DNA of 64,000 nt from Antedon mediterranea (taxonomy: Eukaryota > Animalia > Echinodermata), in contig NC_092675.1 in assembly GCF_964355755.1 (NCBI RefSeq), positions 11,031,812 through 11,095,811 on the forward strand, read 5' to 3'. The stretch's first letter is position 1. Each line of letters starts with the position of its first letter. The translations under genes were made by a program, and so were the position numbers. The notes below the pieces were generated by a model. That model searched no databases and was not told the DNA's origin. It worked only from the letters and a program-made list of their open reading frames with translations. Of this stretch, positions 49,469 through 62,462 are shown one piece after another.

Positions 49469-52025
49469 CTAGATGGCACGCTCGCTTCGCTCGCGTACCA
49501 TCTAGGGGTGCTCACAGATGGTTCTCGAATACAGTAGAATCCACGGACGGGGACTTTTTTGGGACACTAAACAAAAACGGAAGTGTCCCCCTAATTGGGG
49601 TATTCAGAAATAGAGACAACAAAACCAATACTGGATTCCATAAAGGACAATTAATTTATGTGGATTAAAGAAATTAGGGAGAAATGGAAATGTATGTACG
49701 GGAATTGGGCGGCACGTGGTGGTGGTGATGGAACCGCAGTAATAAAGTTGATTGTATTTATATATTATAAGAACCAAACTAAATAAATAGACCTAGACAT
49801 TCTGCGAAATGGAAATCGGAAATTCAAGCTCCTATTCAGTGAAAAATTAAACTGTAGTCTACCTAAATATTTAGGGCAAATCATCGGTTGTGGTGTTGAA
49901 ATTCCTGTAAACATTTGTGTGAACCAAACTGGGTCGAATTTCTGTCATGAGTACTGATTTGTTGGCCTGTGATTTATGACGCCTAAGGGATCTATCTAGA
50001 CTTATTTTTTAGAATAATGTACGTACCTGTCAGATACAATTGTCTTGTGTCGTATAATAAATAAGTACTGTAATAGTTACTGAAGTTACTATTACAATCT
50101 CGTCAATGAAAACACGAAAATGTATATGCACTTACTTATGAAAACGTATACAGTATTATACTCAGTTATTGAAACAGTAGGTTTAAAAAAGTTTCGTTTG
50201 TCTGTAAAATGATGTAATCAAGCTGTTTACACGAGTCTTAATTTATAAGCACATCAATAATAAAATAGTTTATCTATCCTGTAATTGGCGAGATTATGGT
50301 CGCTGTTGAATGAAATAAAGCCAATCGGTATCATATTTGTACAGAAACGTTTTCGCGGCCGAAGGGTGTAATACCTAAATTCGTTGTATTATCGTCAAGA
50401 ACTAACTGTAACTAAACTTACATAGAAAGTAGGGTATCATAAATTTGGCCTTAGCACTCGGGGGAGTGGCTAAGATGAAGTCCGTGGGACTACTAAATAT
50501 AAATTGTAATGAACCTCGAGGGACATAAATAGGAATATTTCATGTTTCATTATCAATGTATAATAAATGGAAACTGTTTACCGATTCAAATAATAGAAAT
50601 TGGTTTTTAACATTTTCCGAACCTATTGCAAGTTTATTCTCAAAGGGCCCATATATTTACCTACCGTATGTGTTAAACCAAGGGCTCATAAATTTACCTA
50701 CAGTACTTGTGTTAAACCAAACTCTGGCAGACTGAGAGATTGGGATGTTCCATTCATCGCAAATCAATACATTTGTATAATCGTATATTAAATCTATCAA
50801 AATAGTATTTTTTAAAGAAAATCGGCCTGTCTTCAACATTATGATGGTGTACTCTAGCAATCTATCAAAATAGTATTTTTTAAAGAAAATCGGCCTGTCT
50901 TCAACATTATGATGGTGTACTCTAGCTGTTCAACCGGTTTTCAGCTATTAAAAACAATTATCGTAGGAGGAGATAGGAAAATGCGAAGCCTCCTCGCTAT
51001 GTAACATTAGGGTTGAGGGATGGGAAAGCGGATAGGTACAAAGAGGAACAATTTTTAAATATATTCTTTATCCACTGAGTAACGAAATATTTTGTTCATG
51101 TTTTGTAGGCCTATAAATAATATACCTCTAAATACAGTAGGCCTAAAACATTTGCGATTTAATACTTTGTTAAAACTGTCACTGTCATAATCGATTGAAA
51201 TATTAAAGTACATGTCACGATACACCACTACGACGTTTATATTTTTGGTAATTATTAATTAATACAAACGTTGAGAAGGAACTGTCAGTATAAAGTTTAT
51301 TTGTATATCTAACAGTAGAGCCTATCCACAGTCTCAGTAATAAAGTTTATATTTTTATATTACATCTAACAGTAGGAACATTCACAGTAAGAAATGTTCG
51401 ATTCAAATGAAAAATAGTTAATAGGTATTTACAGTATTGTCAAAGTATTGCAAGTTTATTCTCAAAGGGCCCATATATTTACCTACCGTATGTGTTAAAC
51501 CAAGGGCTCATAAATTTACCTACAGTACTTGTGTTAAACCAAACTCTGGCAGACTGAGAGATTGGGATGTTCCATTCATCGCAAATCAATACATTTGTAT
51601 AATCGTATATTAAATCTATCAAAATAGTATTTTTTAAAGAAAATCGGCCTGTCTTCAACATTATGATGGTGTACTCTAGCCGTTCAACCGGTTTTCAGCT
51701 ATTAAAAACAATTATCGTAGGAGGAGATAGAAAAATGCGAAGCCTCCTCGCATTTTTTTGGCGGGTATTTTTCAAGATGGACATCCATTAGACAGTGTAT
51801 ACCACGATCGGAAAACACCCCTATTTGGGGCAAATCGTTGAACCTAAATTCGTTTTAATCGTCAATAACTAATTATCTAACTCAATTTAATTAGTAAACA
51901 GGGTTACATCAGGCGGTTAAAATCAGTACCGAAAGTACGAACCAACTTTACATACCATCGAGTGAAAATTCTAGAAGTAAGGCGCGATTTACCGAATTTT
52001 GCCCTTACGTAAATTTATATATAGA
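49469..52025 (-). mobile_element. Non-autonomous Helitron
   Basis: Minus strand A|TCTATATATAAAT ... GC-rich hairpin ATGGTACGCGAGCGAAGCGAGCGTGCCAT-CTAG|T, no TSD. Internal duplications at 50625-50997 and 51446-51750. Confidence 0.9.
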
Positions 52026-52859
52026 TGATAATGGTATTGATAATGATGTTTTTTGGTAAATTTCTTGACAGGAGAAAGCAATAGGCATAAGCCTGAGCAG
52101 ATGTAATGACATTGCCAAAATTAAAACTCTGTCTACACTTGGCAAACTTTATGTGACAAAAAAAATGATGTTTTGATATATTGGCATGATGATGTCATAT
52201 TACTACCATATTTGAGCACATCACACTTTTTTTTGTCAAACTAGTAGTAGTCGAAAATTCTATAATGTAAATTCAATTCAAATTTATTCACCTCCCTTTT
52301 AGGAGAAAACATAGTAAAACAATAAATTTAACATTTGATTTAAAATTCACACGATACATAGCAAAAGAAAATCAAAATGCCGGGTTTTAACAAATTAAAT
52401 ACAGTAGAACCTTCGTTTTAATTACGGTACAGGACCAAAAGGTGTACGTAAAATATAAGATTCGTAAAATCCAGGTTGACCTTAAATTGACCCCAAATAC
52501 TTAGATCGTAGCTAAAAAGGCTGTCATGTTTACCTACTTTACTTGCGCAGTGGTCACTAGCTTAGCCTAGATTATTCTAGGCCAGGCCTAGTTGTGAGGC
52601 CTAACTACAAAAGTACATGGAGGCTGTGCAATGTTTAAATTTAATGTTATAAAGAAAAAATGTGTGTTTTTTTTGCTTGTATTTTCCATCAATGAAAATA
52701 GTCGCTGCTGTAGGGGGAATGCACGTGTGTGGCTTGTCTCACAGCCTTGGCTTTGTGGTTTGTTGTTAAATTGGGCCCTAAATGTAAGAAAATAACACTA
52801 TTTTAATGTAATAAATTACTAAAAATGATGACATCATCGGTCATTTTATGCGTAAAATC

Positions 52860-54956
52860 CAAATTCGCTATCCGGGGCAAACATGCCTGAAATCGGGGTC
52901 AAATGTTAAAAATGTGTGGTGTTTATATCTCGACAATATAATATTAAATAATTTTAGTGTTTACAGGATCTATTTGGTATCAAATAAAAGCCCATAAAAT
53001 ACTCTATCTATTGCAACCCAACTTGTATTAAAAATCTGTAATTATGTTTTTTATGATTATGAAAAATGTGCATATTCTATTTTTTTTTTTACAAAAATGA
53101 GTATATTAAATAGTTTAAATTTATTTTGCTTTATTTATAATACAGTATTTTATTTTATTTTATTTATTACCATCTTTACTGAGGGTAGTCTATCCAGTTC
53201 CTAATAGAACTGATCATTCAGGGCCCTCGATAAAACATACATACAGTACGTTACAACACATAAAATATTAAATATTCAAATGACATAAAATATATATTAA
53301 ATAATTCAAGTGTTTGGAAGATCTTGGTAAATTTACCAAGCATTTTAAAACAATTTTTACTGTTTTATTACTTTTAGATATTAATTATGTTGTATTTTTT
53401 TTTATATCTAGGCTGAGGGTAGTCTAGATCAAATTATCCTATAACTAATCTGACCCGGATCGTAGACTGCATGAAAAAAAAAAAATTATTTTGGTTTATT
53501 TATAATGATTAAATAATTAAAATGTTTGGAAGATCTATCTGGTATCAAATAAAAGGCCATAAAATATTCTATCAATTGCTACCCAACTTGTATTGAAAAC
53601 TAATTATGAAATTAAAAAAAAATATGCATATTTTATTAATTTTTGACAAAAATGAGTACTGTATGCTGTACGTAAGTGCAAGTGTAAATTTATTTTGGTT
53701 TATTTTGTATAATAAATCAATATTTGTTTAGCTTTAATGAACTATGTGACATATCAAATGAAAGCCAATCAAATATGCTATCCAATTGAATTGTAAAGTT
53801 AAAATTATAAAGTTAATTTAGAAAATTACAGTTTCAGTGTAAATATATTTTGGTTTATTATAAATTTAATTATATTGTTTTAATTAACTAGTTGGTATCA
53901 AATGAAACCCTATAAAACATGCTACCTAGTTCATACATAATATCAAATATGTATTGAAAATGAATAATTTTTTGGAAAAATATTTTAAAAACTTTCATCA
54001 AAATTCTAGAATTATATACGGTAATATAAATAAACCAAAATAAATTTATACTACTTACTTACATTTTTGTCAAAAAATGAATATTTTCAAGAAGTTATCA
54101 TCATAATTAAAGATTTTCAATACAAGTTGGGTAACAATCGATAGTGTGTTGTATGGGATTTTATTTTTATATCAAATATTTCATTACAATGCTACAATTA
54201 TTTAAACCAAAATAAATTTATACTCATTTTTGTCTAAAATTAATAAAATATGCACATTTTTCAAAAATTAGCATCACATAATTTTCAATAAAAGTTGGGT
54301 AGTTATGGAAAGCATATTTTATATGCTTTCCTTTGATACCAAATATGTCTTCCAAACATTTGAATTATTTAATAACATAAATAAACCAAATGAAATTTAC
54401 ACTATCTAGTATACTAATTTTTGTAAAAAAATCAATAAAATATGCACATTTTTCACAAAATTAGCATCAGATTTTTTATACAAGTTTGATAGCAATAGAT
54501 AGAATATTGTATGGGCTTTTATTTGATACTAAATAGTTCTTCCAAACACTTAAATTATTTAATATTATATAAATAAACACAATTACGCTACCAAATATTC
54601 ATTTTTTGTATAAAAGTAATCAAATTATGCACATTTTCCAAAAAATTTGATTCCTAATTAAAAATTTTCAATACAATTTGGGTAGCAGTCGGTAGTATAT
54701 TGTATATGCTTTCATTTGATACCATACAGTTTGTCCATTGACATTTTAAAGAATAATTTAATTTTTGGGTCAAAGGTCAGTAAAAGCATTTTTTTTTGGC
54801 TAAAAGTTGTGTTAGACCGAATATAAATATGTATATTCTGAACAATTGACACCAAAAGAAAATCTGTACGACAAGTGGTTGTCGATATATAAGAACCACA
54901 CATTTCTAACTTTTGACCTGGATTTGGGCATGTTCGCCCCGGATAGCAAATTTGGC
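52860..54956. mobile_element. Foldback-type element: inverted arms made of AT-rich tandem units of about 180 bp
   Basis: 52860-52935 is an imperfect reverse complement of 54878-54956. GGTATCAAATAAAAG..ACCCAACTTGTATT units run forward at 52975-53920 and reverse at 54040-54725. Confidence 0.75.
53150..53230 (-). mobile_element. SINE/LINE 3' tail fragment
   Basis: Reverse complement GAGGGCCCTGAATGATCAG...CTGGATAGACTACCCTCAGTAAAGATGGT(AATAA)n matches the tail of the SINE at 31063. Confidence 0.65.
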
Positions 54957-56121
54957 ACACATTCCTAATGTTCGTTGGGGTCAAATTATCGTATAACAGT
55001 TGAGATATTCTCTCCTAATTTAAATGCATGCAGGTCCTAAACTATTGTGAAAAAATGGCAAACTCAACACTATCTCAAATACCATTGATTGACATAATCC
55101 ACAAATTTACATATTTTTAAAAGATTTTGACGGTATGCATTAATAAAAACAATATTACAAATAGAAAAGTCGTTGCTTTGTATGTTATCAATTAAGGTAT
55201 TTTTTACATGTACTAGATTGCTATTCATAGATGATAGATGAAAATATTTGACATGTTATATTTAGCAATAGTAGAACTACTACTTTAAAATAGGTGTGAT
55301 TCTTGATTTCATTACAGTATTGTAATAGCTGCTGGTGAGGATGATAACATTACTGTGTTCTACATGGAGACGTTGACTGACCGCAAAAGAGACAGGAGAA
55401 CAATCATGCATTATCGTAAGTACTGGTACTGGTTCAAATAACCGTCTCACAGAGACATCTGGTAGCCATTGACTTGAAGTTGGCATTTGGATGTGTTACT
55501 TTTAAATGTACAGTATGAGAGTGACTATTACCAAATTGCACAGTCACAAAACAACTTATAAAACAGTTCATATATACAGTTAAAACATTGCTGGAAATTA
55601 TAAATTTCGGTTGAAGCAGGCTCCAATGAAGTTGCATCCAGTAAGTTGACTTTGTTGTACAACTCTATCAAGTACTGATGGTATCTTCCGACCTCTTCGT
55701 TTACTTCTCTTGAATATATCACATTATAACACACCTGATTATATTCTTGCAATTTGTTACATCTAATGACTGATCGCATTCGAAAACTCTGTCTATAACT
55801 GTTCTACTCCACATCTAACGTTGAAGCACTGTCTTTATTAATGACCTAGCCACCAGGCCTAACAGTCGTTAGAATTGACCGCTCTATTTTAAACTCCACC
55901 TCGGTAAAAAAAGAGCAGTCATTGAAATATTATCACCATCCAACTCATAAACATTAATATTATTTGTATACTATTATATTCTACTTTTTATAATACAGAC
56001 ATTTTTGTTATGGAATAATATTGTCTGATTGTTACTTTTGTTTAATTGTGCCACCAAATGAATCTAGCATTTTGTGAAATTATTCTTTTACTTTTGTTGT
56101 TAAGTGTTAATATTAGGCCTA

Positions 56122-58079
56122 GGCCTGGCCACATTAGTTTTGTCCTATTAGCTTAAGGCAGAAACTATAGAGGGTCTGAATCCATACATGAAGATGTGAC
56201 GGAAAACCTGGAAATAGTTTTCACCTGGTAATCGAAAATGATCTCTCGTCGCGCTGCTAGGGTTGCAAAAACTCACCTATCATGTAGCCGCATCTACGTA
56301 CATATAGTATTAAAAATTGAGTGTAAAAGAAAAATTGAAGAATTTGACACTAAAATGACATAAACGTTATAATATAATATAGGCATATTGCGGGTGTCAC
56401 GAAACCTAAGACCACGAAAGCTAAGACCTAAGATCACGAAAGCTAAGACCCAAGACCTAAGATTACAAATATTTATCTTTCGCACCTGCCTTGTATTTTA
56501 ACTCCCAACATTTATTCTGAATACCACACCTTAGAATTGGCACTTTCATGAAAAAAAATCACATAAAAAGTAACAAATACATTTTTAAATTGATGATTTT
56601 ACAGACGTTTTTCTCGCACACAAAATGACTTGCCTACAGCACACTAGAAGTAGGCCTACCCCATGTTCAATGTTTTTGTTTCTATGGAACGTCAAAAGAG
56701 CAAAAATTATATAGAGGGCTGAAAACTCTGTGGAGTCCATCTACAGTGTGGATGGAACAATGTAAAATTAAAATTGTAATGATAATAGTATAATCATGCA
56801 AGTACGAAGAAATAAATACTGGCAAATAAATTTTAACTTAAAAATTATGATAAGTTTTTTTGTTTCGTTTTCTTTCTGTTTTTATACTTGTACTATTATT
56901 GTTGCTCTTTTGGCGCTCCATAGAAACAAAAACATTGAGCATGGGGAGCTCGAGGAGTTACATTACAGTATACAAAGAAACACGTCTGTAAAATCATCAA
57001 TTTAAAGGATTTATTTATTTATTTGTTATTATGTGTTTCTCCTTCTGAAAGTACTTATAAGTCCTAATTTTAAAGTGTGGTATTCAGGATAAAGTTAGTC
57101 AACAAATTTGGAGTCAAAATACAAGAAAGGCAGGTGCGTAAGAAAAACATCCTCTGAACCAACACATTGGAGTAAATATATACCAACAAACAACCTGTCA
57201 AGTTTGTTTGTTGTAAAGAAAAAATATACATTTACTCAACGGACGAAAATAATGTGAGTTTATCTATGTTTTGCGGTAGTATTAAATTATATTTATGGTA
57301 ATAAATGAAACCTACTGTGTTTAAAATTATGTATGGATAAACAAGTATTGTTTTTAAGCTGTAGTATATCTTAGAATTTGTAATCTTAGGTCTTGGGTCT
57401 TAGCTTTCGTGATCTTAGGTCTTAGGGGGTCTTAGCTTTCGTGGTCTTAGGTTTCGTGACACCCGGCATATTGCTTATGTTTCTGAAATGTTTATTTTGT
57501 TGACATCCAACAATATACATATTAAATGAATTAATTAAAACTCACACATAATCTTAGAATTAATTGTGATAATACAGGTTTAATTATATCATAGCTAGGC
57601 CTGCATATTAACGGATTCTGCCAAAAAAGGAAAAACAATTAATTCAGCAATGCGACAACATCAGGCTAGGCCTATAGCTATTGTACGATGTTTATACGCT
57701 ATCCGCTCTTTACCAGCTAGGCCTACAAATCTAAGCCAAACTAAGCTGGCCTAGAAATGTCTACGAGAGAACTTTTGACTAGAGCTACTTAGGTAGTGCA
57801 TTGTTTTTCTCTTTTTATCATAATTAAACTTAATGGAATGCACATTTAAGACAAGAAATGTTTAAAGTTATATATATGCATTATTTTTACAAAACATCAA
57901 AAATTGTATCTTTAACAACATCGAGAGAAAAAGAGAAACTCCGATCTGCACTGCAAACATGCATCAGACAGTGTGTTGCAAGTATGATGTCATAAGCTCA
58001 GGCATGCATCATGAATATTCGTAATATATGCACAGTTTCTGCCTTAATGTAATAGGAAAAAAATAAATGCGGCCTGGCC
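56122..58079. mobile_element. Older TIR element that hosts the MULE-like MITE
   Basis: GGCCTGGCCACATT..TCCTATTAGCTTAAGGCAGAAACT is an imperfect reverse complement of 58034-58079. Both ends are flanked by TA. Confidence 0.65.
56392..57464. mobile_element. MULE-like MITE, largely palindromic
   Basis: TIRs GGGTGTCACGAAACCTAAGACCACGAAAGCTAAGAC. 10-bp TSD GGCATATTGC at 56382-56391 and 57465-57474. Inner inverted repeats at 56480-56710 and 56900-57140. Confidence 0.9.
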
Positions 58080-59574
58080 TATTGTCATTCATCTAAATAT
58101 TATTTATTAATCTTCTTCTTAGACAAGTTATTCCTGTGTAAAAAATTTGAAAACATATTTAATATTATTAAATATCTATATAATGCTACTAAATTTTTCG
58201 AGTATTTTACGTATCTCCTCCAAAACCACTGAATGTGCTCACATTTTACACACTGATGTTTATTGATGGGCCGCACATGATAGACTATGTCACTTTCCTG
58301 AATTTTAAGGATAAAACAAGTATAACAAAATCAATGGCTGCAGAAATGTGTTTTTCATTTCATTTTTGTCCACTTTTTTATTTTATCTATGTATCAAATA
58401 ATTAATACACCACGAAAAACACCCAAAATAATATAGTTTGGCATTTTATACTTTTGTTATGTGTTTGCACGCATCATCTAATTCGCACAGCACAATTTTT
58501 CTTAGCGTCTTTTATTTTCGTAAAGTCTGAATAGTCAAAAGTAAAGTCTAAGGTTCCATATCCACTATTTCTTCTTTCTTTCTAATTTTTTAGCCTACAT
58601 ATATTTTTAAGTGAAGGGATAGTGTATAACAAATCAATGGCCGTAAATACAGTAGTTCAGAATTTTATTCGTGATACAATTTGTTTTTATTTAATAATTT
58701 ACAGATTACTGCTAGTTATTATTATTTTTTTTTATCAATTTGCTTTGTTTGCAATTTTTGCGTTCCATACTTTATTAGAGGCCGAGTTGACGTAAGGCCG
58801 CCTTGACTTGAGGCCGTCTTGGACCGAATTCCTGGCATTGCTTCTTCTTTTTACTGTGCACAGACATACAAAAATACTAATTTGCAATACAATTATTTTA
58901 TTATCACCAGTTGGGAAAAAACGTCGATTTGAATTGGATGTCTTTAGCAAGTGCTGCAAGTTAAAAGGTAAGTGCCTAAAGAATTAACTTACATTATTAT
59001 TCTGTTGATAGGAGAGCGGAATTACCTATATAAGATATAAGGGGTTAAAAGTCATAAGCAATTACAGAAGTCTATAAAAAACAATCTAAGCACAGTTTTA
59101 GGTAACTATGTTTTGTGCTATGATAAGGGGTAGCACAAAGTTGTTACATAGAATTCTGTGGACAATATATAGAAAATAAATAGTATTTTCATGCTTTTGG
59201 TGGCCATTTTGAATATATAATTAGGTTATACAATATCTAAGAATTTTTTTTTTCAATGTCGTACCAATTTCTCAAAAACCTTTATTTTTGAGAATTATTA
59301 TATTAGCATTTTGTCTGAAAACTATAGTTTTTATAGAAAAAAGAGGATAGTACAGTTTATAAGACATCAAGCAAAATATCACATAACTTGCTTTTGCTCT
59401 GCATGTTTTATGGAAGCTGTATTTGTGTCACACTTGCATTCAATCAGAATACAAATACTGTATATCTTATAAACCTACCTTGATTCATGCTATCATCGAC
59501 AGAAACCACTCGGCCAGCAGGGGTCTTTAGGTGAATACTGTACTATAAACCAACCACAATGCAAGGGAATACTA

Positions 59575-60068
59575 GGGAGTTTTCGCAATCTTATGAATAC
59601 GATAACGAAAACGGATATGTCATGGACACGTATTCGTTTTTTGTAAGCCAGTAAAAATCTGTTCCGCATGGCAACGATATATTGAGGCCGCCGTCCAAAA
59701 TATGACTGCGGTAAATTTGAACGAAGCGCAGGTACGTGCTGCTTAGTGCTTGGCTGCCTAGGCCTAGCGTAACATCAAAGCCAGTGAGGACTTTAAAAAC
59801 TGCTATTTATCAAAATTGACCTGGCATTTTAGTAAATTACTTTAAATAAATCTATAATTATATTATAATCATGAATAATTCCTGATTCAAATGCAAAATG
59901 TGCAAAATAGATCAAAAACTATACTCGTTTTGTAGTTACGAATATGACTGATGATATTCGTCAACACGAAAACGTTTTACAAATATGAAATGGGGATCAG
60001 CTCAAAAGTTTCAGAAATGTGTGACGTATCCGTTTTGTTATCGTATTCGTAAGGTTGCGAAACCTCCC
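59575..60068. mobile_element. MITE (PIF/Harbinger-like termini)
   Basis: TIRs of about 48 bp: GGGAGTTTTCGCAATCTTATGAATACGATAACGAAAACGGATA / TATCCGTTTTGTTATCGTATTCGTAAGGTTGCGAAACCTCCC. TA-containing flanks. Confidence 0.8.
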
Positions 60069-60329
60069 TAATAATTGAAAACAATAGATTTGTTGTTGTA
60101 TATTGGTGTCTTTTTATTCATACAAATTACAAAAATGATGATATAATCAAATGCAAAAAGATGTCATATTTTTATAAAATCAGATAAGAATAGTAGTCAC
60201 ATACACAGTAGAAAAACACTGATGAAACATTATATATTTTAAAAAATAAAGTTATTAATCACAATTTACAAATAAATATATATATTTTATATAGACCAAT
60301 TTTCATTATGTTTAAATCATTCAGTATTT

Positions 60330-60650
60330 GCGATAGGTCCACAAAGTCCACATTTCCTTTCTTTTGCTGAAAACTTTTGTTTACTTATACATTATGGTCC
60401 TACATTGAGAAAGGGTCTTCAGATGTTGTTTTTCCTCAAGGATTTCTAAAAGAGGAGACCTACATATCATTTTTTTACAATTTTTAATAATAGAATTATA
60501 CTCCTTTAACAGTAAGCCCACCAGACCATAAGGGCAGCATATTCCAAGGTGGGGCGAATATAGCCGAAGTAATATAATAATTCTTTTTATTGAACCGGAA
60601 TCTTTTAATTTTCTAATAGCATGAACATTTTCAATTACTTTCCTAATGCT
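60330..60650 (-). pseudogene. Short decayed LINE RT C-terminal fragment
   Basis: Minus strand gives YYFGYIRPTLEYAA, similar to YTGYIRSTLEYAA in the LINE at 28.7 kb. Confidence 0.6.
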
Positions 60651-61135
60651 TTTCGCGCCGCGGCTTTAGCCAGCTAAAACACCAGAGGATATAATCAATA
60701 AGAAACTGTATCAACTTGAAAGCTATTAATTAATCTAAGGCTGACAGTTTTAATATTTTGTAAACTCGACTTCAAGCTGCTGGACCCAAAAAAAGTCTGG
60801 GAAAAGAGAGTCTATGAGGACTCGCGGTTGCGCCAGTGCGCCCTCATGGGCTGGAGTTGTTCGTTCGTCATTGCTTTGATTTCCATGTTGTTGTATTGAG
60901 TTATTGACTGTTATTAAAATACATTATTCGCATTACATCGGTCTATGTGTGATCTGTAGAGTTGTGGCATATAAACATCAACCTTATTGGCGTGGTGGCA
61001 GCCCAAGATATTCGGACCTTCCGCTTAAAACCAGTGAGTTATTAGTTGTTGAACTTAGGCCTAGCCTAGGCCCATCCATACCATTATCTGCGAGATCGTA
61101 CCCTGGCGACAATAAAGCCCGAAATTTCGCAAGCG

Positions 61136-62462
61136 ATGGATTCCCTTCTCGATGAATTGCGTGCAATGCGTACTTTCGCAACACCTCCCACGGTCAACTA
61201 TCAACGCGCTTCTCGCACGTCTCGTAATACTACTAGTCATATTCGTCGACAGCTAAAGTCTTGTCCTCTTTGCAAACAGGCTGGTCGAAAGCATGACTCC
61301 CACTTTCTCAGTGGATGCATTCACTTACCTGAACAGGACCGGAAGTACATGGTCAGGGCTAGACAGGTCATCGGAATCATTGAAGGTATCGAGGAGACTG
61401 ACGTTAGCGATGACGCCAGTTTAGCAGATAACCAGACAGAACAGGCTGCACTACGCGTGCAGATCAGACAGTCGCCCTATCTCGACGTTTTCCACAATCA
61501 CCACACGGCACGTATTACTATCGACAGTGGTGCCACCGGTAATATGATCTCCCTTGCCGCAGCGACAGCCCTATCGGCCGAAGTTAGAGAATCATCTCAA
61601 TCAGCCCACCAAGCAGATGGCTCATCTCCATTAAAGGTTGTCGGCGAGACAACAATTACATTTTCCCGCGACCATATTGAACTTCTCTTTGACGGCCTCG
61701 TAGTCGAACGACTCGATGTGGATATTCTGGCAGGCACACCCTTTATGGAAAACAATGACATCGCCATTCGTCCAGCGAAACGTCAAGTAGTCATAGGGAA
61801 CACTTCTTCTTATACGTACGGTTCTAAGAACACTACTAAGACCCCTGCCATTCGTCGCGCTCAAGTATTACGCGCTCCTAGCAGCTTAACTACTCTGTGG
61901 CCCGGTGACTTCATAGAGTTACAAATCCCAGAAGGTGTTTCGACTCATGATAATGAGCTCGACCTTGAACCTCGCAGCTATACTCATCGACCTCCTACCT
62001 GGCCAGAGTATGGTACTATTCACAGCATTGACGGAAAAATTCGCATTGAAAATAACACATCATTACCTCAGGTCCTCAAACGAAACGAACACTTCTGTCT
62101 TTGTCCCGGACGATTGTAATACCAATGACCACACTTGTAAACCTCCTGTGAAAACCAGTTCATTACCACGCCCAACACAATCGACACTACATTCATTGCA
62201 AATTCACCTTGACCCTGATCGTATCATTCCCCCTACAATCCGACAAAGATTTAAATCTCTTAACGAAGAGTTCGATGTTGTTTTTGATCCGCATATCAAA
62301 TGCTATAATGGCGCAGCCGGTCCCTTCCAAGCCGTCGTTAATATGGGCCCTGTACAGCCACCACAGCGAAAAGGCAGACTTCCACAGTATTCGCGAGACA
62401 AACTTGTTGAGCTTCAAGAGAAGTTCGACGACTTAGAGAAGATGTGTTTTTGTGCGACCTGA
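61136..62462 (+). pseudogene. Gypsy gag C-terminus + aspartic protease + linker (frameshifts near 62100 and 62445)
   Basis: ORFs 61136-62119 and 61935-62462 are consecutive pieces: DSGA, ILAGTPFM, PPQRKGRLPQYSRDKL. Confidence 0.8.

Noticed and set aside
50445-50500. Hammerhead ribozyme in the Helitron
   Set aside because: Two hairpins and GATGA are present, but there is no CUGANGA/GAAA core in the right arrangement.
62095-62460. Programmed ribosomal frameshifts in the Gypsy element
   Set aside because: The shifts fall inside pol without a clear slippery heptamer, and gag is also deleted, so mutational decay or sequencing error is more likely.
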